Origin: Gammaproteobacteria bacterium
Lineage (GTDB): Bacteria; Pseudomonadota; Gammaproteobacteria; SZUA-229
Reading direction: 5' to 3'
NCBI GenBank assembly: GCA_030148865.1
Contig: JASBSR010000007.1
Coordinates: 642 to 64,641 of the forward strand
Length of the DNA: 64,000 nt
Made by a program: the position numbers and the translations under genes. Within the stretch, counting starts at the first letter, position 1. Every line of letters begins with the position of its first letter. The notes below the pieces were generated by a model. It was not told the origin of the DNA. It worked only from the letters and a program-made list of their open reading frames with translations, and searched no databases. Of the stretch, positions 20,672-31,100 are shown in pieces.

Positions 20672-22855
20672 ATGGAAAGCACTCGCCAGCATAATCAGAT
20701 CACCCAACAATACAGTCCGGATTCGTTTCTGGAGAAACTGGCGCAAGCACCTGTGCCAGCCGACAGTCTTTTGCGCAAGGCCTGCGTCCAGGTCTGGGAT
20801 TTACCTGCTGATGCGAGTATGCCCAGTAGTCTCGACGTTACTATGTTGCTCAGTGAGCTCGGCTGTGATGACACCACGCTAATCGTTGGACTGCTCAGTA
20901 GTTCGCGGCTGGTCGCGAACACGACCCCGGCGCAACTCGAAAACGTCTACGGAAGAAAAATCACTGACATGGTGATGAATGTCTGCAAACTGCATGATTT
21001 TCAGCTTAATGAATCGACCATAGATCCCGAGCAGGTTGAGCGCCTGCGCCGTATGTTGTTGTCGATGGTTGATGATGTACGTGTGGTGCTGATCAAGCTT
21101 GCGTTTCGTGTGCAACGTTTGCGCCAGTTGTCAAAAATGGATAATGAAGTACGACGTGCAGTCGCGCGCGAAAGTCTTGATATTTTTGCGCCGATCGCTA
21201 ATCGTCTTGGGATTGGACAACTCAAATGGGAAATGGAAGATCTCTCCTTTCGCTATCTTGAACCTGACACGTATAAACGTATCGCGAAATATATTGACGA
21301 GAAACGCGGTGAACGCGAGCGCTATGTTGAATCAGTAGTGAGCACTTTGAAAGATGTGCTGGCAGAAAATAATGTTAAAGCAAAAATCTATGGGCGTCCC
21401 AAGCACATCTATAGCATCTGGAAAAAGATGACCGAAAAGCAGCGGGGCTTTCACGAATTATTTGATGTGCGCGCAGTGCGTATCATAGTTGACAGTATTA
21501 CTGATTGTTATCTGGCGCTCGGTCTGGTACATGGCCTCTGGCGCCACATTGTAAAAGAGTTTGATGATTACATCGCTAGTCCCAAACCGAATGGTTATCA
21601 GTCATTGCACACTGCAGTACATGGTCCAGAAGGGAAGCCGGTAGAAGTCCAGATACGCACCCAGAAGATGGACGAATTCGCCGAGCACGGTATCGCCGCG
21701 CACTGGCGGTATAAAGAGGGTGACAAGGCAGATGCCAGATTGCAGGCAGGGATTGATTCTCTACGTCGCCTGCTCGACCCTGAACACACCGATGATGATG
21801 AGTTGCTGGATAATTTCCGCAACGAGATGTTTCACGACAGGGTATTCGTACTCACGCCCGAAGGTCGCGTCATTGATTTGCCACAGGGCGCGACACCACT
21901 GGATTTTGCCTATGCAGTACATACTGAAATCGGGCATCGCTGCCGAGGTGCAAAAATCAACGGCCATATCGTACAACTGACCTACGAATTGCAGAATGGT
22001 GAGCGCGTCGAAATTCTAACCACTAAAAGCGCACGCCCCAGTCGTGACTGGTTATTGCCGCATCTCGGCTTTTTGAAAACATCGCGTGCCCGCAATCGGG
22101 TGCGCAACTGGTTTCGCCGGCAGGATAAGGATCAGAACCAGATCGACGGCAAGGCCATGTATGAACGCGAAATTAAGCGTCAGGGTGTGCGTCCTGATAT
22201 TGAGAAATTACTCAAGCACTTCAAGCTGAAGGAGCCGGAAGAGCTTTATGTTGCAATCGGGCGCAGTGACATCAGTATTGCGCAGGTGGCTGCAGCCTTA
22301 CACGAATGGGGCGAATCTGCGCATCATACTGAAGCGCGCCTACCCCTGAAGCCAAAGCCTGCGACTGCAAAAAAGAAAAGGGCAAACAGTCAGATCGTTG
22401 TGCAAGGTGTTGGCAACCTGATGACCACCATCGCTAATTGCTGCAAACCCATACCCGGCGATGCGATTACAGGTTTTATTACCCGCGGTAAAGGTGTCAG
22501 CATTCATCGCAAAGACTGTCGTAATATGATTAATCTGAAAGATGCCAGTCGTAATCGTCTGATCGAAGTGTCCTGGGGGGATGCCGAAACCGCAGCGTAC
22601 CCGGTCACGCTGCTGATCGATGCGATGGACAGGCAGGCATTGCTCAGCGATATCGCTAATACTCTGAGCAATGAAAAAGCTGATGTAACTTCGTTTAACA
22701 CACTGTCGGATAAAAAATATCAGACCGCGCGTATTTCAGTCAGCTTTGATGTTCGCGACCTGCAACAGCTGACACGGATCATGGATAAAATCGGTCAGCT
22801 GCCTAATGTCACCGATGTTGTTCGTGGTGCAAATTCAGGAGGGGTGTCTAGTTAG
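20672..22855 (+). CDS. relA: (p)ppGpp synthetase RelA
   Basis: Degenerate HD domain, GRPKHIYSIWKKM, EFDDYIASPKPNGYQSLH, EVQIRT, TGS, CCKP and ACT domains. Confidence 0.93.
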   Translation: MESTRQHNQITQQYSPDSFLEKLAQAPVPADSLLRKACVQVWDLPADASMPSSLDVTMLLSELGCDDTTLIVGLLSSSRLVANTTPAQLENVYGRKITDMVMNVCKLHDFQLNESTIDPEQVERLRRMLLSMVDDVRVVLIKLAFRVQRLRQLSKMDNEVRRAVARESLDIFAPIANRLGIGQLKWEMEDLSFRYLEPDTYKRIAKYIDEKRGERERYVESVVSTLKDVLAENNVKAKIYGRPKHIYSIWKKMTEKQRGFHELFDVRAVRIIVDSITDCYLALGLVHGLWRHIVKEFDDYIASPKPNGYQSLHTAVHGPEGKPVEVQIRTQKMDEFAEHGIAAHWRYKEGDKADARLQAGIDSLRRLLDPEHTDDDELLDNFRNEMFHDRVFVLTPEGRVIDLPQGATPLDFAYAVHTEIGHRCRGAKINGHIVQLTYELQNGERVEILTTKSARPSRDWLLPHLGFLKTSRARNRVRNWFRRQDKDQNQIDGKAMYEREIKRQGVRPDIEKLLKHFKLKEPEELYVAIGRSDISIAQVAAALHEWGESAHHTEARLPLKPKPATAKKKRANSQIVVQGVGNLMTTIANCCKPIPGDAITGFITRGKGVSIHRKDCRNMINLKDASRNRLIEVSWGDAETAAYPVTLLIDAMDRQALLSDIANTLSNEKADVTSFNTLSDKKYQTARISVSFDVRDLQQLTRIMDKIGQLPNVTDVVRGANSGGVSS

Positions 22856-22887
22856 TTGTGTTGATGGGACAGAAGCTTAGATCCTTG

Positions 22888-22958
22888 TCGCATAGAAATC
22901 AGAGGAAAAGCTATTTCTTTGTTTAAAAATATTTTCTCTGTGTTCTCTGCGGCGAAAA
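22888..22958. repeat. CACAGAG-type inverted repeat pair
   Basis: cagaggaaaagc (22900-22911) and ttttctctgtgttctctgcggcgaaa (22932-22957). The reverse complement of the latter shares gagaacacagag with the copy at 31681. Confidence 0.6.
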
Positions 22959-22973
22959 ATTTTTAATATTAAA

Positions 22974-23498
22974 TTAATATCTAACGCCAACAGTCACCCC
23001 AGTATATCCGTGGCTTCCGTTTAGCGTGTCCTGAAATTCACCAAAGCGTACACCTTCGTAGAACACACCCAAAGTAACATGGCTTGTCAGATTAAGGCGC
23101 AGACCTGCGCGGAAGTGGATGTCGGGTTTGCAGCTGCGCTGCTGGTCACAGTTGTTCGAGTTATTGTTGCCGGGAAATAATAAATCAAACAGACCAGTAC
23201 CGATTTCTGCATAAGGTGAAAATGTACCAGTGCCACTAACACCGATCAGTACCCGGGTGGCGATTTCGCTGTCAACCAGGCTGCTGACCTGAAACAACGC
23301 GATGTCAATGCCGGCGTAATACTGGTGATCGGCTGCATGTTTAAAAATGGTATAAAACCCGAGTCCATTCATATCGTGTAGTGTGTCGCTGCTGACAAGC
23401 TTTGAATATTCAATAAAACTTTTTGCGGCCTGTCCCTGCGATGTAAACAGCAGGCACAGAGCTAGCGGGTAAATCCAGTTATGAAGAGTGAGGCGCAC
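22974..23498 (-). CDS. Hypothetical exported protein, probable small outer-membrane beta-barrel
   Basis: Signal peptide ending QGQA, alternating beta-strand pattern, C-terminal GVTVGVRY beta-signal. Confidence 0.65.
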   Translation of the reverse strand: MRLTLHNWIYPLALCLLFTSQGQAAKSFIEYSKLVSSDTLHDMNGLGFYTIFKHAADHQYYAGIDIALFQVSSLVDSEIATRVLIGVSGTGTFSPYAEIGTGLFDLLFPGNNNSNNCDQQRSCKPDIHFRAGLRLNLTSHVTLGVFYEGVRFGEFQDTLNGSHGYTGVTVGVRY

Positions 23499-23501
23499 GG
23501 T

Positions 23502-24269
23502 TTAACGTTTGATGTCATCCTTGAATAGATCATCACCGAATAATTCCTGATCACTAAACTCCTGTGGTGGGTGACCGTCGTACACCATATTTCTGCGATG
23601 TTGTTTCCATGCGTCGCGCGTGTAGGCGTAGCGATCTATGGCGGTTTCATCAATGATATTACTGGCGTTGAGTAAATCAGCGCGCAGATCGATGTATTTC
23701 AGGCTGAGTGTGCCATAGCGCTCAGACTTGTCGGGTATGTTCTGTAACGGATCAAACTCCGCAGTGTCGACAACAAAACCAGCGGTATCACGAATATTGC
23801 TCGAACCGAACAGCGGTAGCACCAGATACGGGCCGCTGCCGACACCCCAATAGCCCAGCGTCTGACCAAAATCTTCGTTGTGTTTAGGTAACCCAAATTT
23901 TGTGGAAACATCAATCAAACCGCCGAGACCGATAAAGGTATTAAATACAATACGGGTAAGATCAGATGTGGCCTGATGAAATTTAAGCTGAAGCAAATCA
24001 TTTACCAGCACGATGACGTCATCAATGTTACTGAAGAAATTACTCACACCGGAATCAACAAATTCAGGTGTGATAGCTTTATAACCTCTGGCAATGGGTT
24101 TGATGGCATATTTGTCGACGGTGTCGTTGAATGCATACATCGAACGGTTGTAGCTTTCGAATGGGTCATCCGGATTGGGAACTTCGATTGTGGCACAGGC
24201 GGAGCTGAGTAACAGACCGGAGGCGACGAGAATTCTGGAAATGCCTTCAAACGATAGCGTATGTTTCAT
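23502..24269 (-). CDS. mlaA: MlaA/VacJ lipoprotein
   Basis: Lipobox SSAC, DPFESYNRSM, GLGGLIDV, EDFGQTLG.WG, GPYLVLP, RD. Confidence 0.94.
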   Translation of the reverse strand: MKHTLSFEGISRILVASGLLLSSACATIEVPNPDDPFESYNRSMYAFNDTVDKYAIKPIARGYKAITPEFVDSGVSNFFSNIDDVIVLVNDLLQLKFHQATSDLTRIVFNTFIGLGGLIDVSTKFGLPKHNEDFGQTLGYWGVGSGPYLVLPLFGSSNIRDTAGFVVDTAEFDPLQNIPDKSERYGTLSLKYIDLRADLLNASNIIDETAIDRYAYTRDAWKQHRRNMVYDGHPPQEFSDQELFGDDLFKDDIKR

Positions 24270-24279
24270 GTGTGTTCAT

Positions 24280-25437
24280 CTATTTTGATGGCAACATCGA
24301 GTATGCCAGTTGTGCGATGTTTTTTGAGCCGCCGGATTCTCCCAGTAATGGTCTGAGTGTTGCCAGTGCTGCGCGCATCTCGCGGTTATAGTTCTGATCA
24401 TCGAGTATACGTAAAACTTCGTTGATTATGTTTTCCGGTGTGGCATCGTGCTGGATAAATTCCCTGGCGATTTCTTTGCCGGGAACAATATTGACCAGCC
24501 CAATGTGTTTCAGTTTGACCAGTCGCCTTAAGATAAAATATGAAAGCGCGGCTATCTTGTGAATAATCACCAGCGGCGTACCGAGCAGGCCGATTTCCAG
24601 TGTTGCTGTGCCAGAAGCCGCAATCGCGCAGTCGCTGGCCAGTATCACATCATAAGTAGCGTTTTCGATCACGATTACATTGAGTTCTGCCAGTGCCAGA
24701 TCATAAGGTGCCAGTTCGCTACGCGACAGGCTATTGGCCAGTGGCAGCAAAAACTGCAATTCGGGTTTGTGCGCGCGCAACAGCCGTGCGCATTCCAGCT
24801 GTATCGGCAGCAGGCGTTTGAGTTCGACATGACGACTGCCGGGCATCAGCGCCACCGTGGTTATGCTGTTCACAGCAGGGTAGTTTGCCGCGAGATTCGC
24901 CAGTGCCTGCTCGCGGGTTTTATCGGCCACCACTTCATCGACCAGCGGATGGCCGGTAAACACCACCGGCACATTGGCCTGTTTGTATAAATCGACCTCA
25001 AACGGAAAAATCACTGCCATCTGATCGACAATTTTTGCCATTTTATACACCCGCTTCGGCCGCCACGCCCACACCTGCGGGCCGATATAAAACAGCACTC
25101 TGATGCCAATCGATTTCGCATAGGCGGCGAGGCGCTGATTGAATTCCTGATAATCGATCAGAATCAGCAGATCCGGTGGCGCAGCGTGAATCGTTTGCTT
25201 AATCTGTTCCAGCACAGCTTTGATTTTGCGATAGCTGGCCAGCACCTCGATAATACCGACCACGGCGAGACTGGACGCGTCCACCAGCAGCTCGACACCG
25301 GCGGCGCGCATGCTGGCGCCACCCATGCCGCGCAGCTGCACATCGGGAGTGAGTAATTTAAGTTCGCGCGCCAGATTGGCGCCGTGCAAATCTCCCGAGG
25401 CTTCCCCGGCAACAATAAATACGCTCTGGTGACTCAT
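24280..25437 (-). CDS. lpxB: Lipid-A-disaccharide synthase
   Basis: VAGEASGDLHGA, PQVWAWR, GHPL, MPGSR, ASGTATLE. Start at ATG 25437. Confidence 0.95.
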   Translation of the reverse strand: MSHQSVFIVAGEASGDLHGANLARELKLLTPDVQLRGMGGASMRAAGVELLVDASSLAVVGIIEVLASYRKIKAVLEQIKQTIHAAPPDLLILIDYQEFNQRLAAYAKSIGIRVLFYIGPQVWAWRPKRVYKMAKIVDQMAVIFPFEVDLYKQANVPVVFTGHPLVDEVVADKTREQALANLAANYPAVNSITTVALMPGSRHVELKRLLPIQLECARLLRAHKPELQFLLPLANSLSRSELAPYDLALAELNVIVIENATYDVILASDCAIAASGTATLEIGLLGTPLVIIHKIAALSYFILRRLVKLKHIGLVNIVPGKEIAREFIQHDATPENIINEVLRILDDQNYNREMRAALATLRPLLGESGGSKNIAQLAYSMLPSK

Positions 25438-25502
25438 GACAAATCTGATTAAGATGGCGTGGCTAAAGAAAGCACTGATTCTACATAAAAAAGGGCAGGT
25501 CG

Positions 25503-26147
25503 ATGCACAAAGCATCCAGCACGGTGAGTAAGCAGATTATTCGTATCCATCAAACCTTGCCGCCGATCGGCGGCCTTTGCGCCGGGGTCGATGAAGCCGG
25601 TCGCGGCCCGCTGGTCGGTAATGTGGTCGCCGCCGCAGTAATTCTCAATCCCGATAGCCCAATTGCAGGGCTCGATGATTCCAAAAAATTGACCGCCGCC
25701 AGGCGCGAAGCACTCGCCGCAAAAATTCGTGAAACCGCCCTGGCCTGGCAGGTGATCAGCGTTAGTCCGGAGGATATTGATCGTCTCAACATCCTGCATG
25801 CGACCATGTACGGCATGCGGCAGGCAGTCGAACTGTTAGCGATTCGGCCGCAGCATGTATTCATCGATGGCAATCGTTGCCCGGCATTAAGCGTGAACGC
25901 CACTGCGGTGATCAAGGGTGATGCCCGGGTTGCGGCGATCAGCGCGGCTTCAATCCTCGCTAAAGTCGAGCGCGATGCGCAAATGGATGAGTTGCACACG
26001 CAGTATCCTGAATATGGTTTTGATCAACACAAAGGCTACCCCACCAGGGCGCATATGGCGGCACTACAAGAATTTGGAATCTGTCCGCAACACCGGCGCA
26101 GTTACGGGCCGGTGAAAAGAGCGCTGGACGCAATGCTGGCAAGCTGA
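25503..26147 (+). CDS. rnhB: Ribonuclease HII
   Basis: [42 protein letters not shown]. Confidence 0.96.
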   Translation: MHKASSTVSKQIIRIHQTLPPIGGLCAGVDEAGRGPLVGNVVAAAVILNPDSPIAGLDDSKKLTAARREALAAKIRETALAWQVISVSPEDIDRLNILHATMYGMRQAVELLAIRPQHVFIDGNRCPALSVNATAVIKGDARVAAISAASILAKVERDAQMDELHTQYPEYGFDQHKGYPTRAHMAALQEFGICPQHRRSYGPVKRALDAMLAS

Positions 26148-26279
26148 AACCGGGTCCGCCTGACTTCTGGACCGACCAGTCCTGCTCTTGTCACATGAAT
26201 TCAGAGCGGCCTATGCAATTCAGTCCGGACATGGCGCTGGAGTCGGCCGGGTACGTGTTCTGGCGGTACGGCTACGGAG

Positions 26280-26453
26280 GCCAGTTCATTATTTTTCGAA
26301 GCCACGATTAAGCGGGTACAACAGCAGGGCGAGATTTCGGCAGACAAAAACCCACATGAACTGGCCTTATATCTGATCAGCAGTATGAGTGGTTTAAAAA
26401 ACATGGTGAAGGCTGGTGCCGATCGTAAAACCATTAAACAGACCGCCGGCGTC
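26280..26453 (+). pseudogene. C-terminal remnant of a TetR-family regulator
   Basis: Frame reads FFEATIKRVQQQGEISADKNPHELALYLISSMSGLKNMVKAGADRKTIKQTAGV, typical of TetR C-terminal helices. No HTH and no upstream in-frame start. Confidence 0.6.
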
Positions 26454-26454
26454 G

Positions 26455-26710
26455 ATGGAATTACGAGCGCAATCCATGTTGTCAAACGCCAGACTAAACG
26501 CTTTGCGCAATATCACGTTAGCGATCATCGAACATCGCGACTGGGTGCCGGAAAAATACCTGGCATGATTTTGCCCATGCCGGGTACAACGAAACTAATA
26601 TGCTGGAAGCACTCACCATTAGCTCGCAAAAGACCATGAGCAATTATTTCAACTATCTGGCACAAACATCACTAGATGAAATGTTCTCAGCGCAGGCGTG
26701 GAAAAATAAA
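26455..26710 (+). pseudogene. Frameshifted C-terminal remnant of a carboxymuconolactone decarboxylase/AhpD-like protein
   Basis: ELRAQSMLSNARLNALRNITLAIIEHRDWVPE, then in the +1 frame DFAHAGYNETNMLEALTISSQKTMSNYFNYLAQTSLDEMFSAQAWK. Confidence 0.65.
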
Positions 26711-26973
26711 AAACCATCCAGAGCTGGCTGGCAATTTATAATTAGGACAAACAGACCGGAGTGGAACTGTTTTATCTAACTAGTCCCGCTTCCCTTGTTT
26801 TCTGAATAATGAGCTCTGGGTAATTAACTGGCGTATTCACACCACCAGTAGAAAGTACAAATACACCTGACCGGCCCTGGAATTGCGTGACAAATATCGG
26901 TGGTTTTTAATTTACATCACTATATGCGCATCAATGTTAAATATATTATCTTTATCAAAAAGAGGTGAGTGCT

Positions 26974-27102
26974 ATGGCTGTTTTTAGTGATTTATTTGGC
27001 GATTTTATGGGCTGGTTAACTATTGGCATTATTGTGTTTATGCTGGTGATGATGGTTTATCTTTTTAGTATGTTTATTAATAATTCGAAAAAAGGCTTAT
27101 AG
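26974..27102 (+). CDS. 42-aa single-TM small protein, DUF3149-like
   Basis: RBS agaggtg, then MAVFSDLFGDFMGWLTIGIIVFMLVMMVYLFSMFINNSKKGL*. Below the ORF-track length cutoff. Confidence 0.75.
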   Translation: MAVFSDLFGDFMGWLTIGIIVFMLVMMVYLFSMFINNSKKGL

Positions 27103-27593
27103 TTTCCTCTGAGGGTGAGGTGAGGGCGCAGTTTTTCTCATAATAGAACCCTGTGCGAAACTGGTGGTGTGTAGGTCGTTTTTGTGGGGATAGCTCAGTC
27201 TCTGCCCCGGATTTTACTATTATCTTAATTTTATTGCGTGTTGCTCGCGATATTGATTTCTGTGGTCGGCATTAATAAGCTAACTGCAGCCATAAACTCA
27301 TCAAGCTTGCTGGCAGGGATTCGCATCATATATTTGTCAGAAAATACAGACATGAACGAGACCACAGTGTCGTTACCTTGTTGTTCTGAGCTTTTTTATG
27401 TCTTCTGCGCTAAAGCATTGACCAGTGAATAAGTCGGGCGCGTGCCTGCCTGGTTGCAAGACAGATGGTTTTAGTGTCACTGAAGTTGAAAATTTTTTCA
27501 AAATATACTTTCTTATTATATCAGTTTTTTATCTCGCTTAACTTTGTCTACTTCTCCAAAATCGTCCCATTAAAAACACTCTGATACGAACAC

Positions 27594-27731
27594 ACGTACT
27601 CAAGAGCATATCAAGGATATTCTCGTCATTTTCGCATGCTTCTGGCGGGATGCCACTGTTTAAATTAACGGATTCCGGTCAAGAACATACCGGAATGACG
27701 ACTTCCAAATCTTGTTACGCTTAAGTTAAGT
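27594..27731 (-). mobile_element. MITE-like element, long copy (138 bp)
   Basis: Both ends match the reverse complement of the 47988-48081 ends (31/34 and 26/27 nt by manual alignment). Interior has two opposed GTCATT...GGAATGAC-type palindromes. Confidence 0.7.
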
Positions 27732-27847
27732 ACCGTGCCACTCTGGATACCAGATTATCTGGTTTTTTTATTAATACTGCATCACTCTCAGTCTGGGAAT
27801 GCTTGAGGGCATTGGTATAGCACCTCATATTACTAGACCAAGCATCG

Positions 27848-28003
27848 TGCAGGTTTGGTATGGGAGCAGGTTTTTATCTATAGTATCTTTTGATTGCATA
27901 TTGGGCTTCATTCCTTAGCTCAGCCTGCGGACTAGATTCTTCGCAACATCGACTCAGGATGACAAGATTCTGGGTCATCGACAGAAGTATTCGAGGATGA
28001 CGA
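27848..28003. repeat. Cluster of degenerate REP-like palindromic repeats
   Basis: ttgggcttcattccttagctcagcctgc (GTAG-REP-like on the minus strand) and agattcttcg...ctcaggatgac / gaggatgac units. Confidence 0.45.
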
Positions 28004-28143
28004 CAAGAGAGTTTTTGTTGGTGATTTTATAAATCAACCACTTACCGCATTCCCCAAAAAAAACATCCAAAATACCATCCCCTCAACCACGCCAATTCGG
28101 TACACTAAAACCCGCCGTAGTAGACCCCCATAGCTGGAGCCCC

Positions 28144-31100
28144 GTGACTGCTGAACCCTCATTCGTACACCTTCGAGTACACACTGAGTACTCTCTGGTG
28201 GATGGCGTGGTGCGCGTCAAACCGTTGATGCAGACGGTGAGCGAAGCGGGCATGCCGGCGGTGGCGCTGACCGACCAGAGCAATTTATTCGCCATGGTCA
28301 AATTCACCCGCGCTGCGCTGGCCGCAGGCATTAAGCCCATCATCGGCGTCGATGCCTGGGTGCGTAGCGATGATGAGCAGGCCCAGCCCTACCGCATGGT
28401 GCTGCTGTGCCAGAATCGCGCCGGTTATCTCAATCTTGCCCAGTTAATTTCAAAGAGCTATCTCGAAGGCCAGCACGGCGGTGTGCCGATGATGCAGGCC
28501 AGCTGGATCGCGGAGTACGGCCACGGTCTAATCGCGCTGGCCTCGGCGCGCGACAGCGATGTCGGTATTGCGCTGTTATCCGGGCAGCAGGATCTGGCGG
28601 CGGTGCGGGTAGCGCACTGGCAGTCAATTTTTGGCGATCGCTATTACCTGGAGCTGCAGCGCACTGGCCGCGAGAATGAGGAATTCTATATTGTCGAAGC
28701 GGTGAATCTTGCCATCAAAACCGATACTCCGGTGGTCGCGACCAATGATGTGCGTTTTCTCAGAGCCGATGACTTTGACGCCCACGAAGTCCGGGTCTGT
28801 ATTCACGACGGCCGCACCCTGGATGACCCACGGCGTTCGCATCATTACAGCCCGCAGCAATATCTGCGCACGCCGGAAGAAATGCAGGTGCTGTTCGCCG
28901 ATATTCCTGAAGCGCTGGCCAATAGCGTCGCCATCGCGCAGCGTTGTAATCTGGAAACCCGTCTCGGTGAAAGTTTTCTGCCGCAGTTTCCAATTCCTGA
29001 AGGCAATACTGCGGAAGGGTTTTTTGCCGATGAGGCGCGCAAGGGACTGGAACTACGTTTAGCAAAACTGCTCGATCCGGTGGCGGAGGATTATGCTGCG
29101 CGTCGTGCCGAGTACGATGCACGTCTGCAAATTGAAATCGACGTTATCAGCAAAATGGATTTTCCCGGTTACTTTCTGGTGGTTGCCGACTTTATCCGCT
29201 GGGCAAAAGAGAACGGCATTCCGGTCGGCCCCGGTCGTGGTTCCGGTGCCGGTTCGCTGGTGGCGTATGCCATGGGCATTACCGATTTAGACCCGCTGCA
29301 TTTTGATTTACTGTTCGAACGTTTTTTGAATCCCGAACGTGTCTCGCTGCCGGACTTTGATATCGATTTTTGCATGGAAGGCCGCGACCGGGTGATCGAT
29401 TATGTCGCGTCAAAATACGGCCGTGACAGTGTTTCGCAGATTATCACCTACGGTTCGATGGCGGCGAAGGCGGTGGTGCGCGATGTTGGCCGTGTCATGG
29501 GACAGCCTTATGGCTTCGTCGATCGCATCGCAAAAATGATTCCGTTCGAAATCGGCATGACCCTGAGCAAGGCGCTGGAGGAATCCGAAGATTTAAAAAC
29601 GGCGTATGATAGCGAAGAAGAAATCACCATGATCATCGATATGGCCTTGTCGCTGGAAGGGTTGTCGCGCAATGCCGGTAAACACGCTGGCGGCGTGGTG
29701 ATTTCACCCACGGTGCTCACCGATTTCACGCCGCTATACTGTGAAGAAGGTGGCAATAGCGTGGTTACGCAATTCGACAAGGACGATGTCGAAGCGGTGG
29801 GGTTGGTCAAGTTCGATTTTTTGGGTTTGCGCACACTCACCATTATCGACTGGGCGGTAAAACATATTAACCGCCGCCGTCAGCTCAGCGACGAAGATCC
29901 GTTAGATATTACCGAACTCACCCTCGACGATGTCGAAACATTCAAGTTGTTGCAGGCGGCGAATACCACCGCGGTATTCCAGCTTGAGTCGCGCGGCATG
30001 AAAGATCTGATCAAGCGCCTGCGCCCGGATAATTTTGAAGACATCATCGCGCTGGTGGCCTTGTTTCGACCGGGGCCCTTGCAGTCTGGCATGGTCGACG
30101 ATTTTATTAATCGTAAACATGGTCGCATGAAGGTCGAGTATCCGCATCCCGATCTGGAGCCGATCCTGCAACCCACCTACGGTGTGATTCTGTATCAGGA
30201 ACAGGTGATGCAAATTGCGCAGGTGCTGGCAGGATACACCCTGGGTGGTGCCGATATGTTGCGCCGCGCTATGGGCAAGAAAAAACCTGAGGAAATGGAA
30301 AAGCAACGCGTGCTGTTTATGGAAGGTGCCGTCGCGCGCGGCGTCGATGCCAAACAGGCGACCTATATTTTCGACCTGATGGAAAAATTCGCCGGTTATG
30401 GTTTTAACAAATCACATTCGGCGGCGTATGCTTTATTGTCGTATCAAACTGCCTGGCTGAAACAGCAGTATCCCGCCGAGTTCATGGCGGCGGTGCTGTC
30501 AGCCGATATGGATAATACCGACAAAGTGGTCGCTTTGATCGAAGATTGTCACGGTCAGGGGTTAGAAGTGAATCCACCGGATATTAATGCTTCAATTTAT
30601 CAGTTTAGTGTGCCCGACCCGAAAACTGTGCTGTATGGACTGGGCGCGATCAAAGGCGTGGGCGAAGCCGCGCTCGAAGGTATTATTGCCGAACGCGAAG
30701 CGCGCGGTGTGTTTGCCGATCTGTATGATTTTTGTAAACGCAGTGACACCCGCAAGGTGAATCGTCGAGTGATGGAAGCGCTGATCAAAGCCGGTGCGCT
30801 CGATGGTATGGGTGCCAATCGCGCCAGTTTGATGGCGAGTTTGAATAATGTATTGCAGCTGGCAGAAAAGTCACAGAAAGACGCGCTCGCCGGACAGGAT
30901 GATATGTTCGGTGATGTTGCAGTCGCTGATGCCAGAGACAGCGTGCATATGATCGAAGTCGCGGACTGGGATGATGAGCTGCGTTTGTCGAATGAAAAAG
31001 AAACCCTCGGCCTGTATCTCACCGGCCATCCCATCGAACGCTACGAAGCTGAGATTCGGCAGTTTACCGATAGCACACTGGCCAATATAGCCGATCTGGT

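Noticed and set aside
27186..27210. ggggatagctcagtc resembles a tRNA 5' end
   Set aside because: No anticodon arm, T-loop or acceptor 3' strand follows. It simply pairs with ctgcccc as a short hairpin.
27231..27470. Minus-strand frame ending ...YMMRIPASKLDEFMAAVSLLMPTTEINIASNTQ and the plus-strand ORF 27238-27432
   Set aside because: Possibly another remnant, but there is no recognisable family or clear start, so neither call can be supported.
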